A stretch of DNA of 64,000 nt, taken from Eledone cirrhosa. Lineage: Eukaryota. Below are positions 1 to 12,626 of the stretch, piece after piece. The translations under genes were made by a program, and so were the position numbers. Below the pieces are notes generated by a model, which was given only the letters and a program-made list of their open reading frames with translations, did no database searches and was not told where the DNA came from. The stretch lies in the NCBI GenBank assembly GCA_964016885.1, contig OZ024743.1, positions 1,922,001-1,986,000 on the forward strand, read 5' to 3'. The first letter of the stretch is position 1; each line of letters opens with the position of its first letter.

Positions 1-750
1 GCAAAAGAGGGCAATATCCATCGTCAGTTGTCTGCTAGGAATCATAGGCATTTCTTCGCGTTAGAGACAAGATGCCTCAACCTAGGGCGAACAATAACTA
101 AAATAAGTTATTGGAATAAAAAAAGGGGGAGAGAGAAAAATGGATACACACATGAAGGGTGAAGAAACGAAAAGAGGAAAAATCAAGTCAACAACTCATT
201 TTGAACATAAGTTCTGGTGGGTTTAACGAGAAAAAAAAATACATGTCTTCACTGTAGCAGTGTGAGTGAGAGAAGAGACTGCTTTAGAAGTGGCAGGTTA
301 GCCGAGAGAAGGTGACTAGCAGAAGAGGGAGAAGGGGGAGAGAGAGCATAGCAACAAGGGGATAGAAGAGAGATGGGTCACAACTGAGAAGAAAACTATG
401 TGAATAAAATGGCAAGCTGTGTGGTTGCATTGAAATATAATCAAAATAAAAGTTACGGGCAAAAGAGGGCAATATCCATCGTCAGTTGTCTGCTAGGAAT
501 CATAGGCATTTCTTCGCGTTAGAGACAAGATGCCTCAACCTAGGCCGAACAATAACTAAAATAAGTTATTGGGATAAAAAAGAGGGGAGAGAGAGAGAAA
601 AATATAAACAGACACAAAGGCTGCAGCAACAAAAAGAAAGGAAAAAAAAAAAAAATCGAGTGAACAATTGATTTCGAACACAAGTTCTGGCGGGTTTGAT
701 AAGAAAAAAAGACACATTCACTGTAGAAGTGTGAGCAAGAGAAGAGACAG
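1..750. repeat. Imperfect tandem repeat, period 458 bp (at least two copies, left end runs off the window)
   Basis: gcaaaagagggcaatatccatcgtcagttgtctgctaggaatc... starts at both 1 and 459, and similarity continues for about 290 bp. Confidence 0.8.
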
Positions 751-896
751 TTACGGACGAGGAAGGAAGTGAGCTAGCGGAGGAGTGAGTGAAAATAAGA
801 GAAAGCCAGAAACATACATATATATATATATATATACATACATACAAATATATGCATATATACATACATATAAATATATACATATATACATATATA

Positions 897-1501
897 TGGT
901 GGTTGCCAACACTTTTTCGAGTACGGCCCCTACTTTATATCCATGTAGGAGAACCCCTACCGATGGGCTGAACGAGTGTGACGTTTTAGTCCAGCCAGTG
1001 ACTTGAAAACTCTGGTACAAACACTACACTTGTGACAATTATTGACAGTGCTGGGCCAATCGTACCATGTGACGACGAGTGCAGAGAGATCTCCAGATAT
1101 AAAGCAATGCCTGTGCTGTGAAGCTTTTATAGTGAGCAAAGGCACTGCACAAAGCCAGTCCCACTCTCTTAACCAAGATGATATTTACCAAAAAGCAAAA
1201 CAAGTCAACATCATTGGATACCATCAGGGTTGCAGGTGTTATATCAGAGTTTTCCTTCTCCTAGAATTCTGCCTCGACACAGGCTAAGGGGTCATCTCTC
1301 CCGGTGATTTTGGATGGCCATTGACTCTTAAGAGCTCCTTTGCCCTTTGACAGGTTTTGTTTTTAGTCCTGCAGGATGTCCAAAGTCACCCTCCTCACCA
1401 AGAAACCTTAGTGGGGTTGCCAGTTTAGTCGCCAACGACCCGACCAGGAGACAGGTTGTACTGGGATACATGTTACCAGTAGCACCAACTGGTGACCTGA
1501 C
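897..1501 (-). mobile_element. Bipartite non-autonomous RTE-derived retroelement (5' UTR fused to C2H2-finger 3' end)
   Basis: Reverse complement of 48127-48735 and 59906-60516 with the same ends. Carries an RTE-like 5' UTR motif (ggagaaggaaaactctga) and a 3' end encoding [25 protein letters not shown]. No RT. Flanked by TA/CA microsatellites. Confidence 0.7.
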
Positions 1502-1547
1502 ATAATATATATGTATGTACATATATATATATACACACACACACAAG

Positions 1548-1985
1548 TGAGATGCGCGACGCTGCATGGTAGTGAGACATGGACAGCAACTGCAGAGAAT
1601 ATGCGATGGCTGGAGAGAAAGGAAGCAAGCCTGCTCCGTTGGATGTGCAATGTCAATGTGCGGGAACGACCAAGCATAGACGAGTTGAGAGAGAAACTGT
1701 GTTTAAGAGGGATAAGTTGTGGTGTGCAAGAGAGGACTGAGATGGTATGGACATGTGATGCGCATGGAGGTTGAGCGCTGGGTAAAGAAGGGAGACGCAG
1801 TAGAGGAAGACCACGAAAAACATGGGTGGAGGTGGTGAGAGCCGACTTCAGATCGCTGAAACTCACCAAGGAGATGACGAAGGACCGTGACAAGTGAAGA
1901 GATGCTTTGCTCAAGAGGACCTGTCCCACCCTTTCAAGCAGGGAAAAGCGGACGTAAAATGATGAACAGACGATGATAATGATGC
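1548..1985 (+). mobile_element. RTE LINE 3' end fragment (repeated in every array unit)
   Basis: LHGSETW...EASxLRWMCNV, RGRPRKTW motifs, then a (GAT)n-like tail. Disrupted by stops and a deletion. Confidence 0.9.
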
Positions 1986-2050
1986 TCTCTATATATCTAT
2001 CTCTCTATCAATCTATCCAGATATCTGTGCATCAGTCTATCTATTTACCT

Positions 2051-2298
2051 ACACTTCTCACTCCGTCTCAGGATCACCGAGACATCACCAACAACCAACC
2101 CACGCTGTGGGAAACAGTCCTCCCCGGGGCACACCCTGGTACTTCACACCATCTGTCTGTCTCGCTGCCTAACTACCGAGAAATCCGGCTTCTGTGCTTG
2201 CCTAATTTGTAGGTTATTAGGCAGTTGGCAGGTTTGCGGAAGTTGGTTTTGCAAATGGTTAAAACACTTGCATCACAAAATTCAAATAGCATCACTCC
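2051..2298 (-). mobile_element. Inverted RTE endonuclease-region fragment with an A-to-G hypermutated patch (every unit)
   Basis: The reverse complement aligns to 2578-2840, e.g. ttgaattttg.gatgcaa, cctaataacctacaaat, gttaggcagcg..., cccacagc. Confidence 0.85.
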
Positions 2299-2308
2299 TT
2301 GTTTTATC

Positions 2309-2427
2309 TTTCTCGTCTTTACCTAGGCCTGCATAAGTTAGTGTTACGGTTAGTGTTACTGTTAGCGTTACGGCTAGTTTTAGGGTTAATTGAGAGCAAG
2401 AAACTGCTGCTAGGTAAAGACAAGAAA
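2309..2427. mobile_element. Short MITE-like element with 18-bp terminal inverted repeats (every unit)
   Basis: tttctcgtctttacctag (2309-2326) and ctaggtaaagacaagaaa (2410-2427) match with one mismatch. The interior has degenerate (gttagtgttacg) repeats. Confidence 0.55.
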
Positions 2428-2469
2428 TTCTGCATTTACAAGCAATTTTTACAAACAGCCACAATGACA

Positions 2470-3290
2470 GGACGGAGACATCGTTATGCTAGCAGGGGAT
2501 TTCAATGGTCATGTTGGACAGCTCTACGATGGTTACACTGAGGTACATGTTGGGCACACTTACGGCTTAAGAAATGAAGCAGTGAAACTTCTTGAATTTT
2601 GCGATGCAATTGCACTAACCATCTACAACACTAACTTACACAAATCTGCCAACCACCTAATAACCTACAAATCAGGCAAGCACATAAGCCAGATTGACTT
2701 CTTGCTAGTTAGGCAGCGGGACAGGCAGATGGTGTCAAATACAAAGGCATACCCCGGGGAAGAATGTACCCCACAGCATAGGTTAGTCGTTAGTGATATC
2801 TCATTAAGCAAGAGACTGAATGAGACATACAGGAAGGTGTGGAAAAAAGAAAGGTCTGGAAGCTAAAAGAGCTCTCACTAAAATACAAATTTAGGAAAGC
2901 CCTTCAATATGTGTATGATGAAAAAGAAGACGATTTAGAGTCGTACAACATAGATGATAACTGGAATTTCTTATGCGATACCTTACTGCAGGTTACTGAT
3001 GAAACTTGTGGCTGGATCAGAGTTCCAACCAGACAGAGAGTGACATGGTGGTGGGACAGCACGGTAGATCGGGCCATTGGAGACTAAAGACTAGCATGGA
3101 ATGCTTGCAAAATTAGTGCGAGTAGAGAAGAATATACAGCCGCTAAGAGAGAAGCTAGACGTCAGGTGTACTTAGCATGCAAGGAGGCTGCTCGACGACG
3201 TGCGCTGTTCCGTACTGCAAGGCAGTGTGTCAGTGCAAATCGGGATTAAGTCTGTCCGCAATGATGCCGCTGTACTTTGTGTCACGAATG
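2470..3290 (+). pseudogene. RTE LINE AP-endonuclease and linker fragment (every unit)
   Basis: LAGDFNGHVG, LLEFC, SQIDFLL, ECTPQHRLVV, TWWW motifs. Frameshifted. Confidence 0.92.
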
Positions 3291-3292
3291 AG

Positions 3293-3450
3293 TGTTGATG
3301 AGTAGAAAAGAGGACAAAACTCTATTCCGTCAGGGAAATGGCCATGTTCGATATGCAGAAACGGAACTGGCATAAATTATATAAAACGTACACAAAAGAT
3401 CGAGTGCGATAGCAGGCACGTAGTGGGATAGCAGGCAAACTAACAGCATA
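3293..3450 (+). pseudogene. Degenerate RTE fragment from the Cys-rich (PHD-like) region (type A units)
   Basis: ttgatgagtagaaaagaggacaaaactct...gggaaatggccatgttc...gtagtgggatagcaggcaaactaaca matches 43050-43203 and 63568-63720. Confidence 0.8.
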
Positions 3451-4313
3451 TTTTGATTATAATAAAACAAATAATAATAGTAATAATAATAATAATAATC
3501 GTCATTGTTCTTTTCTTCTGTGCCTTTCTTTGCCTTCTCTGTCATCTGAATAACAAAAATAAAAGAAAAAAAGAATCTTAAACATATGTTGCCTTTACAA
3601 AGTGCTGTGATCAAAGTAGCTTTTAAGCAATTTCCTAACTAACAAACAACATCAACAAAATATATACAAATATCTTTGAATGTCAAGTCCACCAAGAGAA
3701 AATAGTCATAATGTACTTACAGATACAATGCTAGGGACTCGCATCAATGAGTTTTAGTAGAAAATGACTGACTGACTGTTGAGGGACAGAGGTGCGTTTT
3801 CAAATATTTATCAATTCACAACAAAGCCTCACAAAGCTACATCATAATGCAAACTCACAACACCCTTCTTATGCAACCTCACCAAGCAACCCCACAACAC
3901 AACCTCACGTTCACAATTCACAACACTCAACAAGGCATTCGTTATCTAGGGTTTACAGTAAACATAGCGAGGTAAAACACACCCAGTACACTCTGTAAAG
4001 TGGTCATTAGGTTAAGATTAAACTGAAATCATACCTCCATTGTCGTTGGCGTATATTTTCTCTAAAACTTAATTTCATTGCTTTCATTTCTCTTCTTTTT
4101 CTTCTATTCCATCTAAATATGAAAAAAATTATACAGGTCATTTCGTCTTATCAAGAGGTCCATTTAAAAAAAAAAAAAAAAAAAAAAAAAACCCGAGATA
4201 ATACCTTAAAATAATGGTAAAAAAAGTGTTTAATTACGAAAATCCTTTGAAATAACTTCCTCGCTCTTACTGGTCATACCTGCAAAACACAAAACACTAG
4301 CGTTAGAGTGAAC

Positions 4314-4357
4314 AGTGCAGTGCAGTGCAGTGCAGTGCAGTGCAGTGTAGTGTAGTG
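4314..4357. repeat. (CAGTG/TAGTG)n pentanucleotide microsatellite (every unit)
   Basis: Seen directly in sequence. Confidence 0.9.
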
Positions 4358-4466
4358 TAATTTAGTATGGTGCAGTTTAGTGGCACAGTACACTGTAAAA
4401 CATTTAGCCAATCTCTCAGACATTTACAAATCTTTCAAGATATATATATATATATATATATATATA

Positions 4467-4970
4467 TGGGAGAGAGAGAAATTACCCTCAGTAGATCAGA
4501 CAGAGGGACCAGCTATTGAGATTAACGAATATAGGGTCCAAGAGGCGATTAAGGAAATGAAAAATGGTGAGGCTGCTGGACCATCGGAGATAGTTGCTGA
4601 GATGCTGAAGGCCTCAGGGGACGTAGGCACTAAACTGGTTGCACACATCATCAATCAGGCTATATATGGCAGTGTCATACCCAAAGACTAGTGCAAAAGT
4701 AAAGGGGACGCTCTTGAGAGGAGAAATTATAGGGATATAAAACTGATGGATCAGGTTATGAAAGTGGCAGAAAGGATATTAGCACAACTAATTAGAGAAA
4801 GGGTCAAACTAGATGAGATGCAGTTTGGTTTTGTGCCTGGGAATAGTACAACAGATGCCCTCTTCTTGATGAGACAATTACAAGAGAGGTTCTTAGAGAA
4901 AAATAAGCCACTATACTTAGCCTTTGTTGACCTAGAGAAGGCCTTTGATAGGGTACGCCGATCTGTCATC
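4467..4970 (+). pseudogene. RTE LINE reverse-transcriptase N-terminal fragment (every unit)
   Basis: MKNGEAAGPSEIVAEML, NYRGIKL, QFGFVPG.STTDALF, AFVDLEKAFDRV motifs. Confidence 0.93.
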
Positions 4971-5130
4971 TTATTATTTAACCTATAAATGGGGCCCCAA
5001 CAGGTACTACTACACCAGGCCAGAGCAGACCTGGGAGTTATGACAACTAAGGGGGTAACTCCACGTTCCCCACAGTTCCTCCTGAACTTGAGCCTTGCCA
5101 CTGGATGTAGTTTAATGTCATACCCAGGAC
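4971..5130 (-). mobile_element. 160-bp 5' end of a second RTE-like family (every unit)
   Basis: Nearly identical to 23979-24132, where it is contiguous with a minus-strand RT fragment. Confidence 0.65.
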
Positions 5131-5158
5131 AAATATATACATACATATATATATACAT

Positions 5159-5213
<55 letters not shown>

Positions 5214-8200
5214 TACAAATATATATATGCGTACGAAAGTGTGGTTACATGATGCCTATGCGAGATGTGCGACCCTGCATGGTAGTGAGACATGGACAGC
5301 AACTGCAGAGGGTATGCGATGGCTGGAGAGAAATGAAGCAAGCACGCTCCGTTGGATGTGCAATGTCAATGTGCGGGAACGACCAAGCATAAACGAGTTG
5401 AGAGAGAAACTGTGTTTAAGAGGGATAAGTTGTGGTGTGCAAGAGAGGACTGAGATGGTATGGACATGTGATGCGCATGGAGGTTGAGCGCTGGGTAAAG
5501 AAGGGAGACGCAGTAGAGGAAGACCACGAAAAACATGGGTGGAGGTGGTGAGAGCCGACTTCAGATCGCTGAAACTCACCAAGGAGATGACGAAGGACCG
5601 TGACAAGTGAAGAGATGCTTTGCTCAAGAGGACCTGTCCCACCCTTTCAAGCAGGGAAAAGCGGACGTAAAATGATGAACAGACGATGATAATGATGCTC
5701 TCTATATATCTATCTCTCTATCAATCTATCCAGATATCTGTGCATCAGTCTATCTATTTACCTACACTTCTCACTCCGTCTCAGGATCACCGAGACATCA
5801 CCAACAACCAACCCACGCTGTGGGAAACAGTCCTCCCCGGGGCACACCCTGGTACTTCACACCATCTGTCTGTCTCGCTGCCTAACTACCGAGAAATCCG
5901 GCTTCTGTGCTTGCCTAATTTGTAGGTTATTAGGCAGTTGGCAGGTTTGCGGAAGTTGGTTTTGCAAATGGTTAAAACACTTGCATCACAAAATTCAAAT
6001 AGCATCACTCCTTGTTTTATCTTTCTCGTCTTTACCTAGGCCTGCATAAGTTAGTGTTACGGTTAGTGTTACTGTTAGCGTTACGGCTAGTTTTAGGGTT
6101 AATTGAGAGCAAGAAACTGCTGCTAGGTAAAGACAAGAAATTCTGCATTTACAAGCAATTTTTACAAACAGCCACAATGACAGGACGGAGACATCGTTAT
6201 GCTAGCAGGGGATTTCAATGGTCATGTTGGACAGCTCTACGATGGTTACACTGAGGTACATGTTGGGCACACTTACGGCTTAAGAAATGAAGCAGTGAAA
6301 CTTCTTGAATTTTGCGATGCAATTGCACTAACCATCTACAACACTAACTTACACAAATCTGCCAACCACCTAATAACCTACAAATCAGGCAAGCACATAA
6401 GCCAGATTGACTTCTTGCTAGTTAGGCAGCGGGACAGGCAGATGGTGTCAAATACAAAGGCATACCCCGGGGAAGAATGTACCCCACAGCATAGGTTAGT
6501 CGTTAGTGATATCTCATTAAGCAAGAGACTGAATGAGACATACAGGAAGGTGTGGAAAAAAGAAAGGTCTGGAAGCTAAAAGAGCTCTCACTAAAATACA
6601 AATTTAGGAAAGCCCTTCAATATGTGTATGATGAAAAAGAAGACGATTTAGAGTCGTACAACATAGATGATAACTGGAATTTCTTATGCGATACCTTACT
6701 GCAGGTTACTGATGAAACTTGTGGCTGGATCAGAGTTCCAACCAGACAGAGAGTGACATGGTGGTGGGACAGCACGGTAGATCGGGCCATTGGAGACTAA
6801 AGACTAGCATGGAATGCTTGCAAAATTAGTGCGAGTAGAGAAGAATATACAGCCGCTAAGAGAGAAGCTAGACGTCAGGTGTACTTAGCATGCAAGGAGG
6901 CTGCTCGACGACGTGCGCTGTTCCGTACTGCAAGGCAGTGTGTCAGTGCAAATCGGGATTAAGTCTGTCCGCAATGATGCCGCTGTACTTTGTGTCACGA
7001 ATGAGTGTTGATGAGTAGAAAAGAGGACAAAACTCTATTCCGTCAGGGAAATGGCCATGTTCGATATGCAGAAACGGAACTGGCATAAATTATATAAAAC
7101 GTACACAAAAGATCGAGTGCGATAGCAGGCACGTAGTGGGATAGCAGGCAAACTAACAGCATATTTTGATTATAATAAAACAAATAATAATAGTAATAAT
7201 AATAATAATAATCGTCATTGTTCTTTTCTTCTGTGCCTTTCTTTGCCTTCTCTGTCATCTGAATAACAAAAATAAAAGAAAAAAAGAATCTTAAACATAT
7301 GTTGCCTTTACAAAGTGCTGTGATCAAAGTAGCTTTTAAGCAATTTCCTAACTAACAAACAACATCAACAAAATATATACAAATATCTTTGAATGTCAAG
7401 TCCACCAAGAGAAAATAGTCATAATGTACTTACAGATACAATGCTAGGGACTCGCATCAATGAGTTTTAGTAGAAAATGACTGACTGACTGTTGAGGGAC
7501 AGAGGTGCGTTTTCAAATATTTATCAATTCACAACAAAGCCTCACAAAGCTACATCATAATGCAAACTCACAACACCCTTCTTATGCAACCTCACCAAGC
7601 AACCCCACAACACAACCTCACGTTCACAATTCACAACACTCAACAAGGCATTCGTTATCTAGGGTTTACAGTAAACATAGCGAGGTAAAACACACCCAGT
7701 ACACTCTGTAAAGTGGTCATTAGGTTAAGATTAAACTGAAATCATACCTCCATTGTCGTTGGCGTATATTTTCTCTAAAACTTAATTTCATTGCTTTCAT
7801 TTCTCTTCTTTTTCTTCTATTCCATCTAAATATGAAAAAAATTATACAGGTCATTTCGTCTTATCAAGAGGTCCATTTAAAAAAAAAAAAAAAAAAAAAA
7901 AAAACCCGAGATAATACCTTAAAATAATGGTAAAAAAAGTGTTTAATTACGAAAATCCTTTGAAATAACTTCCTCGCTCTTACTGGTCATACCTGCAAAA
8001 CACAAAACACTAGCGTTAGAGTGAACAGTGCAGTGCAGTGCAGTGCAGTGCAGTGCAGTGTAGTGTAGTGTAATTTAGTATGGTGCAGTTTAGTGGCACA
8101 GTACACTGTAAAACATTTAGCCAATCTCTCAGACATTTACAAATCTTTCAAGATATATATATATATATATATATATATATGGGAGAGAGAGAAATTACCC

Positions 8201-8871
8201 TCAGTAGATCAGACAGAGGGACCAGCTATTGAGATTAACGAATATAGGGTCCAAGAGGCGATTAAGGAAATGAAAAATGGTGAGGCTGCTGGACCATCGG
8301 AGATAGTTGCTGAGATGCTGAAGGCCTCAGGGGACGTAGGCACTAAACTGGTTGCACACATCATCAATCAGGCTATATATGGCAGTGTCATACCCAAAGA
8401 CTAGTGCAAAAGTAAAGGGGACGCTCTTGAGAGGAGAAATTATAGGGATATAAAACTGATGGATCAGGTTATGAAAGTGGCAGAAAGGATATTAGCACAA
8501 CTAATTAGAGAAAGGGTCAAACTAGATGAGATGCAGTTTGGTTTTGTGCCTGGGAATAGTACAACAGATGCCCTCTTCTTGATGAGACAATTACAAGAGA
8601 GGTTCTTAGAGAAAAATAAGCCACTATACTTAGCCTTTGTTGACCTAGAGAAGGCCTTTGATAGGGTACGCCGATCTGTCATCTTATTATTTAACCTATA
8701 AATGGGGCCCCAACAGGTACTACTACACCAGGCCAGAGCAGACCTGGGAGTTATGACAACTAAGGGGGTAACTCCACGTTCCCCACAGTTCCTCCTGAAC
8801 TTGAGCCTTGCCACTGGATGTAGTTTAATGTCATACCCAGGACAAATATATACATACATATATATATACAT

Positions 8872-8924
<53 letters not shown>

Positions 8925-11900
8925 TACAAATATATATATGCGTACGAAAGTGTGGTTACATGATGCCTATGCGAGATGTGCGACCCTGCATGGTAGTGAG
9001 ACATGGACAGCAACTGCAGAGGGTATGCGATGGCTGGAGAGAAATGAAGCAAGCACGCTCCGTTGGATGTGCAATGTCAATGTGCGGGAACGACCAAGCA
9101 TAAACGAGTTGAGAGAGAAACTGTGTTTAAGAGGGATAAGTTGTGGTGTGCAAGAGAGGACTGAGATGGTATGGACATGTGATGCGCATGGAGGTTGAGC
9201 GCTGGGTAAAGAAGGGAGACGCAGTAGAGGAAGACCACGAAAAACATGGGTGGAGGTGGTGAGAGCCGACTTCAGATCGCTGAAACTCACCAAGGAGATG
9301 ACGAAGGACCGTGACAAGTGAAGAGATGCTTTGCTCAAGAGGACCTGTCCCACCCTTTCAAGCAGGGAAAAGCGGACGTAAAATGATGAACAGACGATGA
9401 TAATGATGCTCTCTATATATCTATCTCTCTATCAATCTATCCAGATATCTGTGCATCAGTCTATCTATTTACCTACACTTCTCACTCCGTCTCAGGATCA
9501 CCGAGACATCACCAACAACCAACCCACGCTGTGGGAAACAGTCCTCCCCGGGGCACACCCTGGTACTTCACACCATCTGTCTGTCTCGCTGCCTAACTAC
9601 CGAGAAATCCGGCTTCTGTGCTTGCCTAATTTGTAGGTTATTAGGCAGTTGGCAGGTTTGCGGAAGTTGGTTTTGCAAATGGTTAAAACACTTGCATCAC
9701 AAAATTCAAATAGCATCACTCCTTGTTTTATCTTTCTCGTCTTTACCTAGGCCTGCATAAGTTAGTGTTACGGTTAGTGTTACTGTTAGCGTTACGGCTA
9801 GTTTTAGGGTTAATTGAGAGCAAGAAACTGCTGCTAGGTAAAGACAAGAAATTCTGCATTTACAAGCAATTTTTACAAACAGCCACAATGACAGGACGGA
9901 GACATCGTTATGCTAGCAGGGGATTTCAATGGTCATGTTGGACAGCTCTACGATGGTTACACTGAGGTACATGTTGGGCACACTTACGGCTTAAGAAATG
10001 AAGCAGTGAAACTTCTTGAATTTTGCGATGCAATTGCACTAACCATCTACAACACTAACTTACACAAATCTGCCAACCACCTAATAACCTACAAATCAGG
10101 CAAGCACATAAGCCAGATTGACTTCTTGCTAGTTAGGCAGCGGGACAGGCAGATGGTGTCAAATACAAAGGCATACCCCGGGGAAGAATGTACCCCACAG
10201 CATAGGTTAGTCGTTAGTGATATCTCATTAAGCAAGAGACTGAATGAGACATACAGGAAGGTGTGGAAAAAAGAAAGGTCTGGAAGCTAAAAGAGCTCTC
10301 ACTAAAATACAAATTTAGGAAAGCCCTTCAATATGTGTATGATGAAAAAGAAGACGATTTAGAGTCGTACAACATAGATGATAACTGGAATTTCTTATGC
10401 GATACCTTACTGCAGGTTACTGATGAAACTTGTGGCTGGATCAGAGTTCCAACCAGACAGAGAGTGACATGGTGGTGGGACAGCACGGTAGATCGGGCCA
10501 TTGGAGACTAAAGACTAGCATGGAATGCTTGCAAAATTAGTGCGAGTAGAGAAGAATATACAGCCGCTAAGAGAGAAGCTAGACGTCAGGTGTACTTAGC
10601 ATGCAAGGAGGCTGCTCGACGACGTGCGCTGTTCCGTACTGCAAGGCAGTGTGTCAGTGCAAATCGGGATTAAGTCTGTCCGCAATGATGCCGCTGTACT
10701 TTGTGTCACGAATGAGTGTTGATGAGTAGAAAAGAGGACAAAACTCTATTCCGTCAGGGAAATGGCCATGTTCGATATGCAGAAACGGAACTGGCATAAA
10801 TTATATAAAACGTACACAAAAGATCGAGTGCGATAGCAGGCACGTAGTGGGATAGCAGGCAAACTAACAGCATATTTTGATTATAATAAAACAAATAATA
10901 ATAGTAATAATAATAATAATAATCGTCATTGTTCTTTTCTTCTGTGCCTTTCTTTGCCTTCTCTGTCATCTGAATAACAAAAATAAAAGAAAAAAAGAAT
11001 CTTAAACATATGTTGCCTTTACAAAGTGCTGTGATCAAAGTAGCTTTTAAGCAATTTCCTAACTAACAAACAACATCAACAAAATATATACAAATATCTT
11101 TGAATGTCAAGTCCACCAAGAGAAAATAGTCATAATGTACTTACAGATACAATGCTAGGGACTCGCATCAATGAGTTTTAGTAGAAAATGACTGACTGAC
11201 TGTTGAGGGACAGAGGTGCGTTTTCAAATATTTATCAATTCACAACAAAGCCTCACAAAGCTACATCATAATGCAAACTCACAACACCCTTCTTATGCAA
11301 CCTCACCAAGCAACCCCACAACACAACCTCACGTTCACAATTCACAACACTCAACAAGGCATTCGTTATCTAGGGTTTACAGTAAACATAGCGAGGTAAA
11401 ACACACCCAGTACACTCTGTAAAGTGGTCATTAGGTTAAGATTAAACTGAAATCATACCTCCATTGTCGTTGGCGTATATTTTCTCTAAAACTTAATTTC
11501 ATTGCTTTCATTTCTCTTCTTTTTCTTCTATTCCATCTAAATATGAAAAAAATTATACAGGTCATTTCGTCTTATCAAGAGGTCCATTTAAAAAAAAAAA
11601 AAAAAAAAAAAAAACCCGAGATAATACCTTAAAATAATGGTAAAAAAAGTGTTTAATTACGAAAATCCTTTGAAATAACTTCCTCGCTCTTACTGGTCAT
11701 ACCTGCAAAACACAAAACACTAGCGTTAGAGTGAACAGTGCAGTGCAGTGCAGTGCAGTGCAGTGCAGTGTAGTGTAGTGTAATTTAGTATGGTGCAGTT
11801 TAGTGGCACAGTACACTGTAAAACATTTAGCCAATCTCTCAGACATTTACAAATCTTTCAAGATATATATATATATATATATATATATATGGGAGAGAGA

Positions 11901-12581
11901 GAAATTACCCTCAGTAGATCAGACAGAGGGACCAGCTATTGAGATTAACGAATATAGGGTCCAAGAGGCGATTAAGGAAATGAAAAATGGTGAGGCTGCT
12001 GGACCATCGGAGATAGTTGCTGAGATGCTGAAGGCCTCAGGGGACGTAGGCACTAAACTGGTTGCACACATCATCAATCAGGCTATATATGGCAGTGTCA
12101 TACCCAAAGACTAGTGCAAAAGTAAAGGGGACGCTCTTGAGTGGAGAAATTATAGGGATATAAAACTGATGGATCAGGTTATGAAAGTGGCAGAAAGGAT
12201 ATTAGCACAACTAATTAGAGAAAGGGTCAAACTAGATGAGATGCAGTTTGGTTTTGTGCCTGGGAATAGTACAACAGATGCCCTCTTCTTGATGAGACAA
12301 TTACAAGAGAGGTTCTTAGAGAAAAATAAGCCACTATACTTAGCCTTTGTTGACCTAGAGAAGGCCTTTGATAGGGTACGCCGATCTGTCATCTTATTAT
12401 TTAACCTATAAATGGGGCCCCAACAGGTACTACTACACCAGGCCAGAGCAGACCTGGGAGTTATGACAACTAAGGGGGTAACTCCACGTTCCCCACAGTT
12501 CCTCCTGAACTTGAGCCTTGCCACTGGATGTAGTTTAATGTCATACCCAGGACAAATATATACATACATATATATATACAT

Positions 12582-12626
<45 letters not shown>

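Noticed and set aside
957-1030. C2H2 zinc finger as part of a host zinc-finger gene
   Set aside because: A single finger at the 3' end of a repeated element with no tandem fingers or TGEKP linkers. This fits an RTE C-terminus.
2338-2388. TTAGGG-like repeats as interstitial telomere
   Set aside because: Only one perfect TTAGGG within degenerate 12-mers internal to a MITE-like element.
3330-3614. 94-aa ORF with a poly-Tyr run, repeated in each A unit
   Set aside because: The Tyr run is an (ATT)n microsatellite, and the ORF runs antisense into RTE debris. Only the splice-site pattern is retained as a finding.
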